A DNA stretch of 64,000 nucleotides from Puia sp. (GCA_035548895.1 DASZRP010000254.1:68-64067), one strand, 5' to 3'; shown: positions 52,154 through 61,133, counted from the first letter of the stretch. Numbers and translations are program-made. The notes: generated by a model not told the origin, from the letters alone.

Positions 52154-53356
52154 CTAATGATGTGGTTGCCTTTCGCCCGGCTTGCCGGCTGTGCTGTCCG
52201 TTTTACCGGATTGGGCTTTGGAAGCATTGATCCCGGAACCTTCATGCAGGGCCTGCACGCCGTCGACCACGATCACGTCGCCCGGTTTCAGTCCCGACCT
52301 GATCACGACATCGCCGCCGATGGTTTGGCCGGGCTGCACTTTCACCTGGAAGGCACGTAGCTTCGGTGTCGAACTGCGGGTTGAAGCAGAGTCCGGTGAG
52401 CCCACCGTGGAATCCTTCGCCAGAAAAACAAAATACTCGCCCATCTGTTCCACCACAGCCCTTCCCGGCACCACGATCTGGGGACCGGTATCCTGGTTAT
52501 GTTCGCGCACCACGCAGCTCATGCCCGCTTTCAGCGCGTACTTCGGATTGGGAAATACCAGCCGAATGCGCAGGGCGCCAGTCTGGGGATCCACTGCCCG
52601 GTCGATCACGGAGATCTTACCTAAAAATGGATACAGGCTGCCGTTAGGCAGGAGCAGTGTGAAAAGTGAATCGGGATGATGCTTATGCTCATCGGCCAGG
52701 TCTTCGTAATGCGTCAGTTGTTTTTCATTGATCAGGAAATCGACCGCCATGGGGTTAATGGTCGAAATGGTATTCAATACCGTTGAACCGACCGTGACCA
52801 GGTTGCCCAATTTCACCTGGCTGAAGCCGATCAGCCCGTCGAATGGAGCGTGAATGATCGAGTATGCTAGGTTGGTCTCTGCCGTTTTCAGCTGCTCCTC
52901 CGCAGCCTTGACTTCGTTATCGGCATTCTGCTGTGCGATCACCGCGTGGTCAAGCTGCTGTTTGGCCACAGCATTATGGTTGTTCAGGTATACATACCGG
53001 TCGGCGTCCTGCTTCGCCTGCACGAAATTCCCCTGCGCCACTTTGAGGTTAGCGGCCGCAGCGTCGTAGGCCTGCTGATAAAGCCGCCGGTCGATCTCGT
53101 AGAGTTTCTGTCCTTTGGTTACAAAACTGCCTTCTTCAAAAAAGATGCCGGTGATATATCCCTGCACCTGCGCGTGCAGGTCTACCTGACTCAGTGCCTG
53201 CGTGGTAGCAGGGTATTTTTCATAATACCAAACCTGTGCGTCCTTCACCGTATCGAGGTTCACCGGTGTGGGCGGAGGTGGCGTTGCCTGTTTGTGCTGG
53301 CAGGAAAGAATGCCGAGACAACTGATCAGGAATAAGGTGCTTGCCGCGCTGTTCAT
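52154..53356 (-). CDS. RND periplasmic adaptor (membrane fusion) lipoprotein
   Basis: Lipobox ILSC, V.GYI...F.EG..V.KGQ.L, I.APFDG, VDP.TG, GL.PGD. Confidence 0.92.
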   Translation of the reverse strand: MNSAASTLFLISCLGILSCQHKQATPPPPTPVNLDTVKDAQVWYYEKYPATTQALSQVDLHAQVQGYITGIFFEEGSFVTKGQKLYEIDRRLYQQAYDAAAANLKVAQGNFVQAKQDADRYVYLNNHNAVAKQQLDHAVIAQQNADNEVKAAEEQLKTAETNLAYSIIHAPFDGLIGFSQVKLGNLVTVGSTVLNTISTINPMAVDFLINEKQLTHYEDLADEHKHHPDSLFTLLLPNGSLYPFLGKISVIDRAVDPQTGALRIRLVFPNPKYALKAGMSCVVREHNQDTGPQIVVPGRAVVEQMGEYFVFLAKDSTVGSPDSASTRSSTPKLRAFQVKVQPGQTIGGDVVIRSGLKPGDVIVVDGVQALHEGSGINASKAQSGKTDSTAGKPGERQPHH

Positions 53357-53374
53357 GGAGCTGATTGATTTATG

Positions 53375-54730
53375 CTAATGATGATATGAAACGATTCCCA
53401 TGGCTTTTTCCAGGTCAACCTTATTGGAAAGCACTGTAAACAGGGCATTGGAATACCCGATCTCCGAGCTGATCAGGTTGGACTCCGCTGTGATCACATT
53501 GAGGTAGGGCACGATGCCCTGCTGATATTGCAGCGTGACGATCTCGTATACATCCCGCGCCAGGGCCGCGTTATCGCCCATCACGCTCAGATTATAGAGA
53601 TTGCTTTTATAGGTGGCCAGGGCAGTTGTGTATTCGGTATAGATCTGCGATTTCAATCCCAACTCGCTCCAGTCGAGCTCGCGTTCCAGCAACCTGGAGC
53701 GTTTGATATTATTCAATCTCGAAAAGCCGGTAAAAATGGGCAGGCTCAATGAGAGCCCCACATAAGAATAGGGATAAGCGTTCGCGAAGAGCTGGGAGAA
53801 TTCGTTGTTCTGAAAGTCATAGTCGTAGCTGAAGAAAGCAGAAAGCGTTGGCAGGAAATCCAGCCGGTAGTAGTTGGTCGTCTGGCGCTGCAGGTTTCGC
53901 GAAGTCTGCAGCAGATTATACTCCACGCGTTTATTGAAATCAAGCTGCTGCGTGGTGTCGAAAGCGATATCCTGCTTCATCTGCACCGTGTCGAAGATCA
54001 CATTGAATTGCGACTGCGGCGGATAACCCATCGTTTGTTTCAGTATGGCATACTGTGGACTCACATTCTCTGTCGCCGTCCGCAACTGCGCCAGCGTATT
54101 ATTCAGCGTGATGGTGGCCTGTTCGTAATCAGTCCGGTCTACCAGGCCCGCCACGAACTGATGATAAGAATCGCTAAGACTCTTATTAAGTCGGGCTGTA
54201 TCTTCTTTCAGCACCCGGATCTGCTCCAGCGTGAGCAGAAGACTGTAAAATGACTTGCTCACCGCGACGACCATGTCGATGCGGGCGCTATCGGTAATCT
54301 GTTCTGCCTGTTGTACGTAGAGCGGTGCCGCTTTGATGGCATAGGCCAGGGCGGGACTGAATATCGACTGCGTAACCGAAAGTACGGGAACCGCCGTGTT
54401 CACCACACCGCTTTTCTGCTCCTGTACTATTCCATTCGCGTTTTTTACAAAGACCGTGGGCAGTTGCATATAGTGTGTCAGGTTGCCATTGATATTGGCC
54501 TGGGGATACCAGCCTGCAAGGCTGATGGCATTGGAAGTTTTGGTAACCTGTTCGTTGATCAGCGCCTGTTGAACGGTTGGCTGATGCTTAAACGCGTAGT
54601 CGATGCATTGACCCAGGGTAAAAAAGGGAATGGAATCAGCCGGCGGAGCGGGCGACTGTGCCTGGATGGATAAGGAGAAAAGAGAACAGACAGTAATGAT
54701 CAAAAAAGGATAAATCCTTTTCAAAACCAT
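53375..54730 (-). CDS. TolC family outer membrane efflux protein
   Basis: Signal peptide, two OEP repeats (..P.L....., LSLPIFTGF, Y..G......V..AE). First gene of the efflux operon. Confidence 0.9.
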   Translation of the reverse strand: MVLKRIYPFLIITVCSLFSLSIQAQSPAPPADSIPFFTLGQCIDYAFKHQPTVQQALINEQVTKTSNAISLAGWYPQANINGNLTHYMQLPTVFVKNANGIVQEQKSGVVNTAVPVLSVTQSIFSPALAYAIKAAPLYVQQAEQITDSARIDMVVAVSKSFYSLLLTLEQIRVLKEDTARLNKSLSDSYHQFVAGLVDRTDYEQATITLNNTLAQLRTATENVSPQYAILKQTMGYPPQSQFNVIFDTVQMKQDIAFDTTQQLDFNKRVEYNLLQTSRNLQRQTTNYYRLDFLPTLSAFFSYDYDFQNNEFSQLFANAYPYSYVGLSLSLPIFTGFSRLNNIKRSRLLERELDWSELGLKSQIYTEYTTALATYKSNLYNLSVMGDNAALARDVYEIVTLQYQQGIVPYLNVITAESNLISSEIGYSNALFTVLSNKVDLEKAMGIVSYHH

Positions 54731-54754
54731 AAACGACGATTTTGTTGATAAACT

Positions 54755-54804
54755 GGTTCAGATCCTGCATTTCAGCTTGCACCAGGTTTCGGATCTCTGA
54801 ACGG
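54755..54804 (-). repeat. Hairpin in the tolC leader; possible diverged family-2 repeat
   Basis: GTTCAGATCC...GGATCTCTGAAC stem. The minus strand shares ATCCG.AACCTG and CTGAACC with the copy at 40049-40087. Confidence 0.4.
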
Positions 54805-54857
54805 TGGCGAGGTGTTGCCAGGTAGCAGAGCTAAAATTAGCGGATTCGATCAACTCG

Positions 54858-54881
54858 TTTTGTTAACGTTGGTTAACAAAA
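54858..54881. promoter_or_regulatory. Perfect inverted repeat, candidate repressor operator for the efflux operon
   Basis: TTTTGTTAAC-gttg-GTTAACAAAA in the divergent tolC/TIGR02757 promoter region. Confidence 0.55.
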
Positions 54882-54928
54882 TGTTTTAGCTCATAGTCAA
54901 TCTGAAAAACCTGCCCGAGCCTATTCGC

Positions 54929-54936
54929 TACCTTTG
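54929..54936 (+). promoter_or_regulatory. -7 box (TACCTTTG) for the TIGR02757 gene
   Basis: TAnnTTTG 4 nt before ATG 54941. Confidence 0.6.
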
Positions 54937-54940
54937 CGGT

Positions 54941-55789
54941 ATGAACTTGCATCATCCCGCCTTCGCCTTCAATCGCCAAAACTCCATCGACGGCAATAAG
55001 GTTGCGGCGGGCGAAGCCGTCAACCGTCAACTCCGGGATCTGCTCGAGCGGAAAGTGAAGCAATACAATCATCCTTCCTTTATCGCCTCCGATCCCGTCA
55101 GCATACCGCACCGGTTCAGCAAAAAACAGGACATCGAGATCGCCGGCCTCTTCGCCGCCGTCTTTGCTTGGGGCCAGCGGCCGACCATCATCCGTAAGTC
55201 AGAGGAGCTGATGCAATTCATGGACCTGGCACCGCATGATTTCATCCTGCATCACCGCCCGCGCGACCTGAAGAAACTGCTGGCATTCAAACACCGTACG
55301 TTCAATGCGACAGATCTACTCTATTTCATCCGTTTTCTCCAGTTCCATTATCGCCGGCAGGATTCATTAGAAAGCGCTTTCCTGGCAGACGGAGGGCCTC
55401 GTACCGAGCGCATGAAAAACGGATTGGCCGCCTTTCATCAGCGATTCTTTTCTTTGGAAGATGCCCCGGAAAGAACGCGGAAGCATATCGCCACGCCGGA
55501 ACGCAATGCCGCCTGCAAGCGCCTGAACATGTACCTGCGCTGGATGGTAAGACAGGATAAACAGGGAGTGGACTTCGGGCTCTGGGAACAGCTTTCGCCG
55601 GCCGACCTGATCTGTCCCGTCGACCTGCATGTGGCCCGCGTAGCGAGAAGATTTGGACTTATTACCCGGAAGCAAACCGATTGGGAGACTGCCGTCGAAC
55701 TCACCAATGCCCTGCGTCGTATGGACCCGAAAGATCCGGTGAAATACGACTATGCCCTGTTTGGCCTCGGCGTGTTTGAGAAGTATTAA
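54941..55789 (+). CDS. TIGR02757 (DUF2400) family protein with an N-terminal insertion
   Basis: FI..DP.SIPH.F, DIEIAG, AWGQR, FKHRTFN, ACKRLNMYLRWMVR, VDFGLW, PVDLHV, DPVKYDYALFG. Confidence 0.9.
   Translation: MNLHHPAFAFNRQNSIDGNKVAAGEAVNRQLRDLLERKVKQYNHPSFIASDPVSIPHRFSKKQDIEIAGLFAAVFAWGQRPTIIRKSEELMQFMDLAPHDFILHHRPRDLKKLLAFKHRTFNATDLLYFIRFLQFHYRRQDSLESAFLADGGPRTERMKNGLAAFHQRFFSLEDAPERTRKHIATPERNAACKRLNMYLRWMVRQDKQGVDFGLWEQLSPADLICPVDLHVARVARRFGLITRKQTDWETAVELTNALRRMDPKDPVKYDYALFGLGVFEKY
54956..55029 (+). repeat. Small palindromic (REP-like) element, family 1, copy inside the ORF 5' end
   Basis: CCCGCC-TTCG-CCTT...AAGG-TTGC-GGCGGG-CGAAG-CCGTCAACCGTCA; same arms and 13-nt tail as 26902-26954. 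Confidence 0.65.
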
Positions 55790-55869
55790 GATATCCTTCA
55801 TTGAACGATTCCCGGATGCTCATATCCGTTAGTACCTTAAACAGGCCCTAGAATAACCATGCGATAAAC

Positions 55870-56220
55870 CTATCTCCCCGACAGTACGGCTCTGAGAACG
55901 ACAGCCTGGTTCATTTCGGGATCTTTCGCGCCATAGAGCAGGGTAAGCTCCTGATGCCGGGCAAGCGCTTTCACCCGTTTCAACTCCTCAGTCTGTTTCT
56001 CAAGCTCGAGCCGGTACTTCTCCTCAAAGGCCTTGAACCGTTCGGGCTTATGGTTGAACCATTTCCTGAGTTCGTCGGAGGGCGGAAGCTGTTTATTCCA
56101 TTCGTCCAATTTGGCCGAAGTCTTCTTCACGCCGCGGGGCCAAATGCGATCGACGAGCATCCGGTAACCGTCGCCGGGCGACGGTTCATCATAAATGCGT
56201 TTTATACTGATGGCGGGCAT
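55870..56220 (-). CDS. DUF488 (YeaO-like) family protein
   Basis: IKRIY, DGYR.LVDR.WPRG, PS.ELRKWF.H, TLLYGAKD...NQA.VL. Start ATG 56220. Confidence 0.9.
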   Translation of the reverse strand: MPAISIKRIYDEPSPGDGYRMLVDRIWPRGVKKTSAKLDEWNKQLPPSDELRKWFNHKPERFKAFEEKYRLELEKQTEELKRVKALARHQELTLLYGAKDPEMNQAVVLRAVLSGR

Positions 56221-56286
56221 AATGCAAGTTATTAAGGATTTTAGGTAAATTAAGAGCCCGATCAAAACGTTTCCAATAGAGAAAGA

Positions 56287-56877
56287 ATGCCCGGAACACT
56301 TTCAGATATGAAAACCGGTGTAGAGACCGTTAATGGCGCTTCCATCTATTATGAAAAGAAAGGAAGCGGCCCAGCTGTTCTCCTGATCCATGGCTTCGGG
56401 CTCGATGGAAGAATGTGGGATGAACAATTCGATTTTCTCTCCCGAACATTTACTGTGATCCGCCCCGACCTGCGGGGCTTTGGCCGGTCCTCCTTGCCAG
56501 ACGATACGCCGTATTCCCATGCGGAGGATCTGTATCAACTTTTAATCCGTCTCGGCATTTCCATAGTGGCGCCGGTCGGGCTTTCCATGGGTGGGCGGGT
56601 TGCCGTAGATTTTGTGTTGAGCTTTCCGGAACAAACGAGCTGTCTTGCGCTTGTCGATGCAGCATTGAACGGATACGCATTCAAAACTTTCTCGTACGAT
56701 TATATAAATCAAATAGCCAAAGACCAGGGTATTGAAAAAGCCAACCTGGCCTGGTACCATCACGAACTCTTCGATTCAGTAAATAAAATCGAACCGGCAA
56801 CGCAGGCCATGTCCAAAATGATGGAGGACTATTCCGATCAGTTGAACCTCAGCAATGTCCTTCCTCATTCCTGGTGA
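56287..56877 (+). pseudogene. C-terminally truncated alpha/beta hydrolase
   Basis: IHG, DLRGFGRS and GLSMGG are present, but the ORF stops at 196 aa within the cap region, with no acid or His motifs. Confidence 0.65.
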
Positions 56878-56892
56878 ACCGGGTATTGAAAA

Positions 56893-57918
56893 CTACTCCG
56901 CTTCGAATGAACCGATCGCTCCCATGCTGGCATCGGCAAATGAGTGGTCGACAAACGTATAAGTGCCCTTTTCGGGAATGACAAATTCAACAACCGCCCC
57001 GCTCGCCGGGCCCAGATAAACGGATTGCATGCCGTTCAACTCGTTTTTCGGATTCCCGTCCAGCCAGACCTTATCCATTATGGTTCCGATAACATGAAAG
57101 CTGCTGGCGTTGTTGGGGCCCGCATTCAATACATACAGGCGGATTCTTTCGCCGGCTTTTACTTTTAGCGGTTTAACCACATATTGCGCGGGTTTGCCGT
57201 TGAACGCTACATAGGTTGGTGTTTTCTTCATGGCCAAAGTCGTATCGGGAACAAAAATATTTCCCTGCTGCTTCAGGTAATATTCGTTTTGCACAATGGA
57301 AAATTCCTGGTCCACTTTGTCAGGATATCCTTCTTTGGGCTCCACGATTACCATGCCGATCATGCCGTAGATCATGTGCATTAAAACCATCGGCGTTCCG
57401 CAGTGATACATGAATACGCCGGGGTAATTGGCCGTCCAGGTAAATTGTATTGTTTCTCCCGGGTCGATGCTGCGATATTTATCTTCCGGGTTCACCATCG
57501 CCGCGTGGAAGTCTATGGAATGCGGCATCGGCATCATATTCATCTGCATGCTCATGTTCTTCATCGTGTCGTTGGAGCGATCGGTCATGGAGAATCGGAT
57601 CGTCTGACCCACCCTCACCCTCAGCACGGGACCCGGTACGGAATTTCCAAAGGTCCATGCCGTATAAGCTACGGTTTTGGATATATTGAACAACTTATGT
57701 GTTACGTCGAATTTCACGTCAACCGTGTCGCCTTCCGCAATCTTCGGCACCTCCGGCGCATAGGCCAACGGCCCTTTAATAGCAGTGTCGGTATTGGGTT
57801 CGCGGGTAATGACGGCTTTGGGTGAACCGTATGTTTTTTTTGAATTGCCTGCCTGTTCGCGCTGATTGCATGCAGAAAACAAAACAAGGATCCCTGCAAG
57901 AAAAAATATTTGTTTCAT
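56893..57918 (-). CDS. nirK: Copper-containing nitrite reductase, lipoprotein
   Basis: Lipobox FSAC; HSIDFH (T1Cu His, catalytic Asp, T2Cu His); YHC..H....M (T2/T1 ligands); SSFHVIG (catalytic His); VDH (T2Cu His). -7 box at 57934-57941. Confidence 0.88.
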   Translation of the reverse strand: MKQIFFLAGILVLFSACNQREQAGNSKKTYGSPKAVITREPNTDTAIKGPLAYAPEVPKIAEGDTVDVKFDVTHKLFNISKTVAYTAWTFGNSVPGPVLRVRVGQTIRFSMTDRSNDTMKNMSMQMNMMPMPHSIDFHAAMVNPEDKYRSIDPGETIQFTWTANYPGVFMYHCGTPMVLMHMIYGMIGMVIVEPKEGYPDKVDQEFSIVQNEYYLKQQGNIFVPDTTLAMKKTPTYVAFNGKPAQYVVKPLKVKAGERIRLYVLNAGPNNASSFHVIGTIMDKVWLDGNPKNELNGMQSVYLGPASGAVVEFVIPEKGTYTFVDHSFADASMGAIGSFEAE

Positions 57919-58026
57919 CTATAGAATTTTCTACAAAATTAACGACTGCCGTCTACATGCAATTTTACCCCGAGCCTATTCCCGCTTATTTACTACTTTC
58001 ACGCGGGCATTCTTCATTATTTCAAT

Positions 58027-59274
58027 ATGAAAAAATTACAGGCAATACTACGCTCCTGGTTGATCGTTCCGTTATTTGTCGCCATGCTTATTGCTTCGGC
58101 ATGGATGATCCCGGTGAACCGGAAAAAGCCTGCCCCGAATACGACGGCATCTGCTACTCCTGAACTTCCTGGTATCCATGAGGCGATGCAGAAATATATC
58201 GACGCCGGAGACATGTCGGGAGCCGTGACCCTGGTCGTTACAAAAGACAAGATCCTTCATTTAGATACCATCGGACTGGCCGATATTTCCCGCAAGGAAC
58301 CCATGCGCGTCAATACCCTGTTCTGGATTGCTTCGATGACCAAGCCTGTTACGGCGACTGCCATCCTGATGCTCCAGGATGAAGGCAAACTGAAAGTAAC
58401 CGATCCGGTAGCAAAATATATTCCGGCCTTTGAGGGTCTGAAAACGCCCTCAGGTAAGCCGGCCAATCTGACTATTGCACAAATCCTCACGCATACTTCA
58501 GGGCTCGGTGAAGGCAACAATAATGAATTATCCAAAGCAAAAAAACTGGCGGAGCTGATTCCGATTTACCTCGCGGCTCCGATGCAATACGAACCGGGCG
58601 CAGAATGGAAATACACGCAGTCGGGCGTCAATACGGCTTCCCGCATCGTAGAAGTAGTGAGCGGCATGACCTTCGACCGCTTCGTGCAAAAAAGAATCCT
58701 CGATCCGTTGAGCATGACGCATACTACGTTTTATCCATCGCGTAGGCCTGATGAGCTGCCGGCTACCGGATACGTCAAAAACAAAAACACCGGCTCGCTC
58801 GAGCCAGTTCCCATGATCGCCAACTTTGGCAAAAAAGGCTTCCCGCCTCTCGGAAACGGCGGCCTGTTTTCTACCGGCCCGGACTATGCGCGTTTCTGCC
58901 AGATGCTGCTGGGCGAAGGCGTGCGCAATGGAAAGCGCTACCTGAGCGCAGACGCCATGAAATGGCTGACGACAGTTCAAACCGGCGATCTGCCCTGCGG
59001 ATTTATTTCGGGTCATGGCGGCAACTATGGCTGGGGGATCGGCACCTGCATTCTGCGCACATCGCATGAAGGCGTGGCGGCCATGCTTTCTCCGGGAACC
59101 TTCGGTCACGGCGGCGCCTGGGGCACACAGGCCTGGATAGACCCGGTTCGCGGAGTGGCCTATATCCTCATGGTACAAAGACCCGGGATCAATGGCGACG
59201 CCAGCGACCTGCGTCGTGATTTTCAGCAGGCAGCCGCAGATGCCATAAATTCCGGGCCTCATTATAAAAATTAA
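58027..59274 (+). CDS. Serine hydrolase, beta-lactamase/AmpC-like family
   Basis: SMTK (SxxK), LTHTSG, PG..W.Y, GGLFST..DY.RF, FGHGG. Confidence 0.88.
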   Translation: MKKLQAILRSWLIVPLFVAMLIASAWMIPVNRKKPAPNTTASATPELPGIHEAMQKYIDAGDMSGAVTLVVTKDKILHLDTIGLADISRKEPMRVNTLFWIASMTKPVTATAILMLQDEGKLKVTDPVAKYIPAFEGLKTPSGKPANLTIAQILTHTSGLGEGNNNELSKAKKLAELIPIYLAAPMQYEPGAEWKYTQSGVNTASRIVEVVSGMTFDRFVQKRILDPLSMTHTTFYPSRRPDELPATGYVKNKNTGSLEPVPMIANFGKKGFPPLGNGGLFSTGPDYARFCQMLLGEGVRNGKRYLSADAMKWLTTVQTGDLPCGFISGHGGNYGWGIGTCILRTSHEGVAAMLSPGTFGHGGAWGTQAWIDPVRGVAYILMVQRPGINGDASDLRRDFQQAAADAINSGPHYKN

Positions 59275-59284
59275 AAGAATTCCA

Positions 59285-61123
59285 ATGACCTTTATTTTGG
59301 GGCTGCTGTCTGTCTTCCAGGCCCTGTTTCTACCCGGCTACCTGATCAGCCGATTCTTTTTCCCGTTGAAAGGAAAATCCAAATTGCTTGTCGCTTTTGG
59401 AATAAGCCTGCTGTTCAATTACCAGTTTGTTTTACTACTGACCGCCATAGGCCTCTATGGCAGGCCGGCTGTTTTCATTTTGTTCGCCTTGGAATGCCTA
59501 AGCTGGATCTGGCTCAGCAAACGGAAGCCGATGAGCGGTTATTCTGATAAAGAAAATTTGGCCGCCGGACAATTATCGAATGTGCAAATAAAAGGCAGAA
59601 CGCGAACTGTCTTTACCACCTTGTTTGCTGCAGTTTCATTTATTGTCGTCCTGGGCGTTGTCAGTAAAATATTAGGTGGAAATCCGGGTATTTTCGATTC
59701 CTGGGACGATGTGCTTTCCTGGAATCGCTGGGCCGCCGAATGGTATAACGGGCACCTGCCGGCAAAAACATATCACTACCCTCAGTTGATTCCGGCAAAC
59801 TGGTCCATGATGTATCAATTCGTGGGAACGCCGGAAATACAGTTTTTTGCGAAATCCATCATGGCCCTTTTTGCCTTAGGCATATTGCTGGCATTTTATG
59901 ATCTGTACAAAAAGCTGAGCTCGGATTTCTTTCTTGCCGCGCTGGCCTGGTCGGGATTTTTGCTGCTGAATATTGTCGGTTCTTATATCGGCACGGGCTA
60001 TATGGATATTCCCGTTACCTTTTTTTGTCTGATCACTTTTTACATGCTGGCGCTGACAAGCGAAGGTCTGCTGCCCGTATTTTCGGGGCTTCTGTTAGCT
60101 GCCGTTTTCCTCGCTGCGGCATTGCTCATTAAACAAGCGGGCCTGGCGATGATCCCGCCCTTTGTTTGTGGTTGTATAATAATTTTATACAAGGCGCACG
60201 GGTTTTCGGTTCACCGGAAAACCCTGATTGTCGCAATAATTTCTGCCTGTATTTTACTTGCCGGGCCCTGGTATTTGTATAAACAGATCCAGATGAACCG
60301 TGGTACGGAAAATTCTGAAGTGAGTTGGGTCACAAAAGATATTTATGCCGGCAAAACAAAAATGCAACGCCTGCAGGATGCCTCTGCGCACTTTAAAGAC
60401 GCTGTGACGGAAGCCACCCTGATCAATGCCTTGCCCGAAACGGCAAGGCCGGTGGCGAAGTCTGCTTTCTTTGCTCTTCTCTTAGCCCTTTCACTACTTT
60501 CGCTGCTGAAACCTTATTCCCGTTTTGTCTTATTGCTTTTAGTTATTCCTTATTACCTGATCTGGGCCATTTATTTCAGCTACGATCTCCGGAATGTATC
60601 GCTGCTCATACCTTTTTGGGGATTTTCGCTTGGCGTGGGTTCGCAGGTTTGCTTTGATTGGATGGCCATCACAACGCCCCGCTCCAGGAAGCGGGTGTTA
60701 TGGCCGGTACTGGGTTTGGCAATCGTTATGGGCGCAGTCTCCTGGCCCGGGCAGAAACTCCGGTCTATCGAACGGCGAATGGCGATGGAGCGCCTGATGG
60801 ATTCCGGGATGAACCGGCTGCTTTACCAGCGTTATGATTCCGGGATGCTGAAAGGAAAAATTCTGTGCAGTTATCCAATGATGGCTTTTCTGCCGGACCT
60901 GAAGGACTACGTTCAGCCCTTTTCGTTCGACTCAGCTCACCTCGATACCCTGAAGCTCATTCTGCCGAAGGAAATCAAAAGCTATCCTTTTTGTCTTCTT
61001 CAGGATGGATCCGCTCCTGAAGTGTGGGAATACTTTAAACAACTGGACTCCCAGGGATACATCAAATCGAAAATTAAAACAGACCCTGGATGGAACCTGA
61101 TCGAACTGAAGCCGAATCCCTAA
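59285..61123 (+). CDS. Polytopic membrane protein, probable GT-C fold glycosyltransferase
   Basis: About 13 TM helices; WDD...W loop, YPQL.P, GY.D.P and KQAG motifs; adjacent to a GT2-GtrA gene. Confidence 0.65.
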   Translation: MTFILGLLSVFQALFLPGYLISRFFFPLKGKSKLLVAFGISLLFNYQFVLLLTAIGLYGRPAVFILFALECLSWIWLSKRKPMSGYSDKENLAAGQLSNVQIKGRTRTVFTTLFAAVSFIVVLGVVSKILGGNPGIFDSWDDVLSWNRWAAEWYNGHLPAKTYHYPQLIPANWSMMYQFVGTPEIQFFAKSIMALFALGILLAFYDLYKKLSSDFFLAALAWSGFLLLNIVGSYIGTGYMDIPVTFFCLITFYMLALTSEGLLPVFSGLLLAAVFLAAALLIKQAGLAMIPPFVCGCIIILYKAHGFSVHRKTLIVAIISACILLAGPWYLYKQIQMNRGTENSEVSWVTKDIYAGKTKMQRLQDASAHFKDAVTEATLINALPETARPVAKSAFFALLLALSLLSLLKPYSRFVLLLLVIPYYLIWAIYFSYDLRNVSLLIPFWGFSLGVGSQVCFDWMAITTPRSRKRVLWPVLGLAIVMGAVSWPGQKLRSIERRMAMERLMDSGMNRLLYQRYDSGMLKGKILCSYPMMAFLPDLKDYVQPFSFDSAHLDTLKLILPKEIKSYPFCLLQDGSAPEVWEYFKQLDSQGYIKSKIKTDPGWNLIELKPNP

Positions 61124-61133
61124 AACGCAATGC

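Noticed and set aside
57919-58026. FNR/DNR box upstream of nirK
   Set aside because: No TTGAT-N4-ATCAA match; only a short TAGAA-TT-TTCTA palindrome of doubtful significance.
58027-59274. Calling the serine hydrolase a true beta-lactamase resistance gene
   Set aside because: SxxK is present, but YxN reads YTQ and KTG reads HGG, as in esterase/peptidase members.
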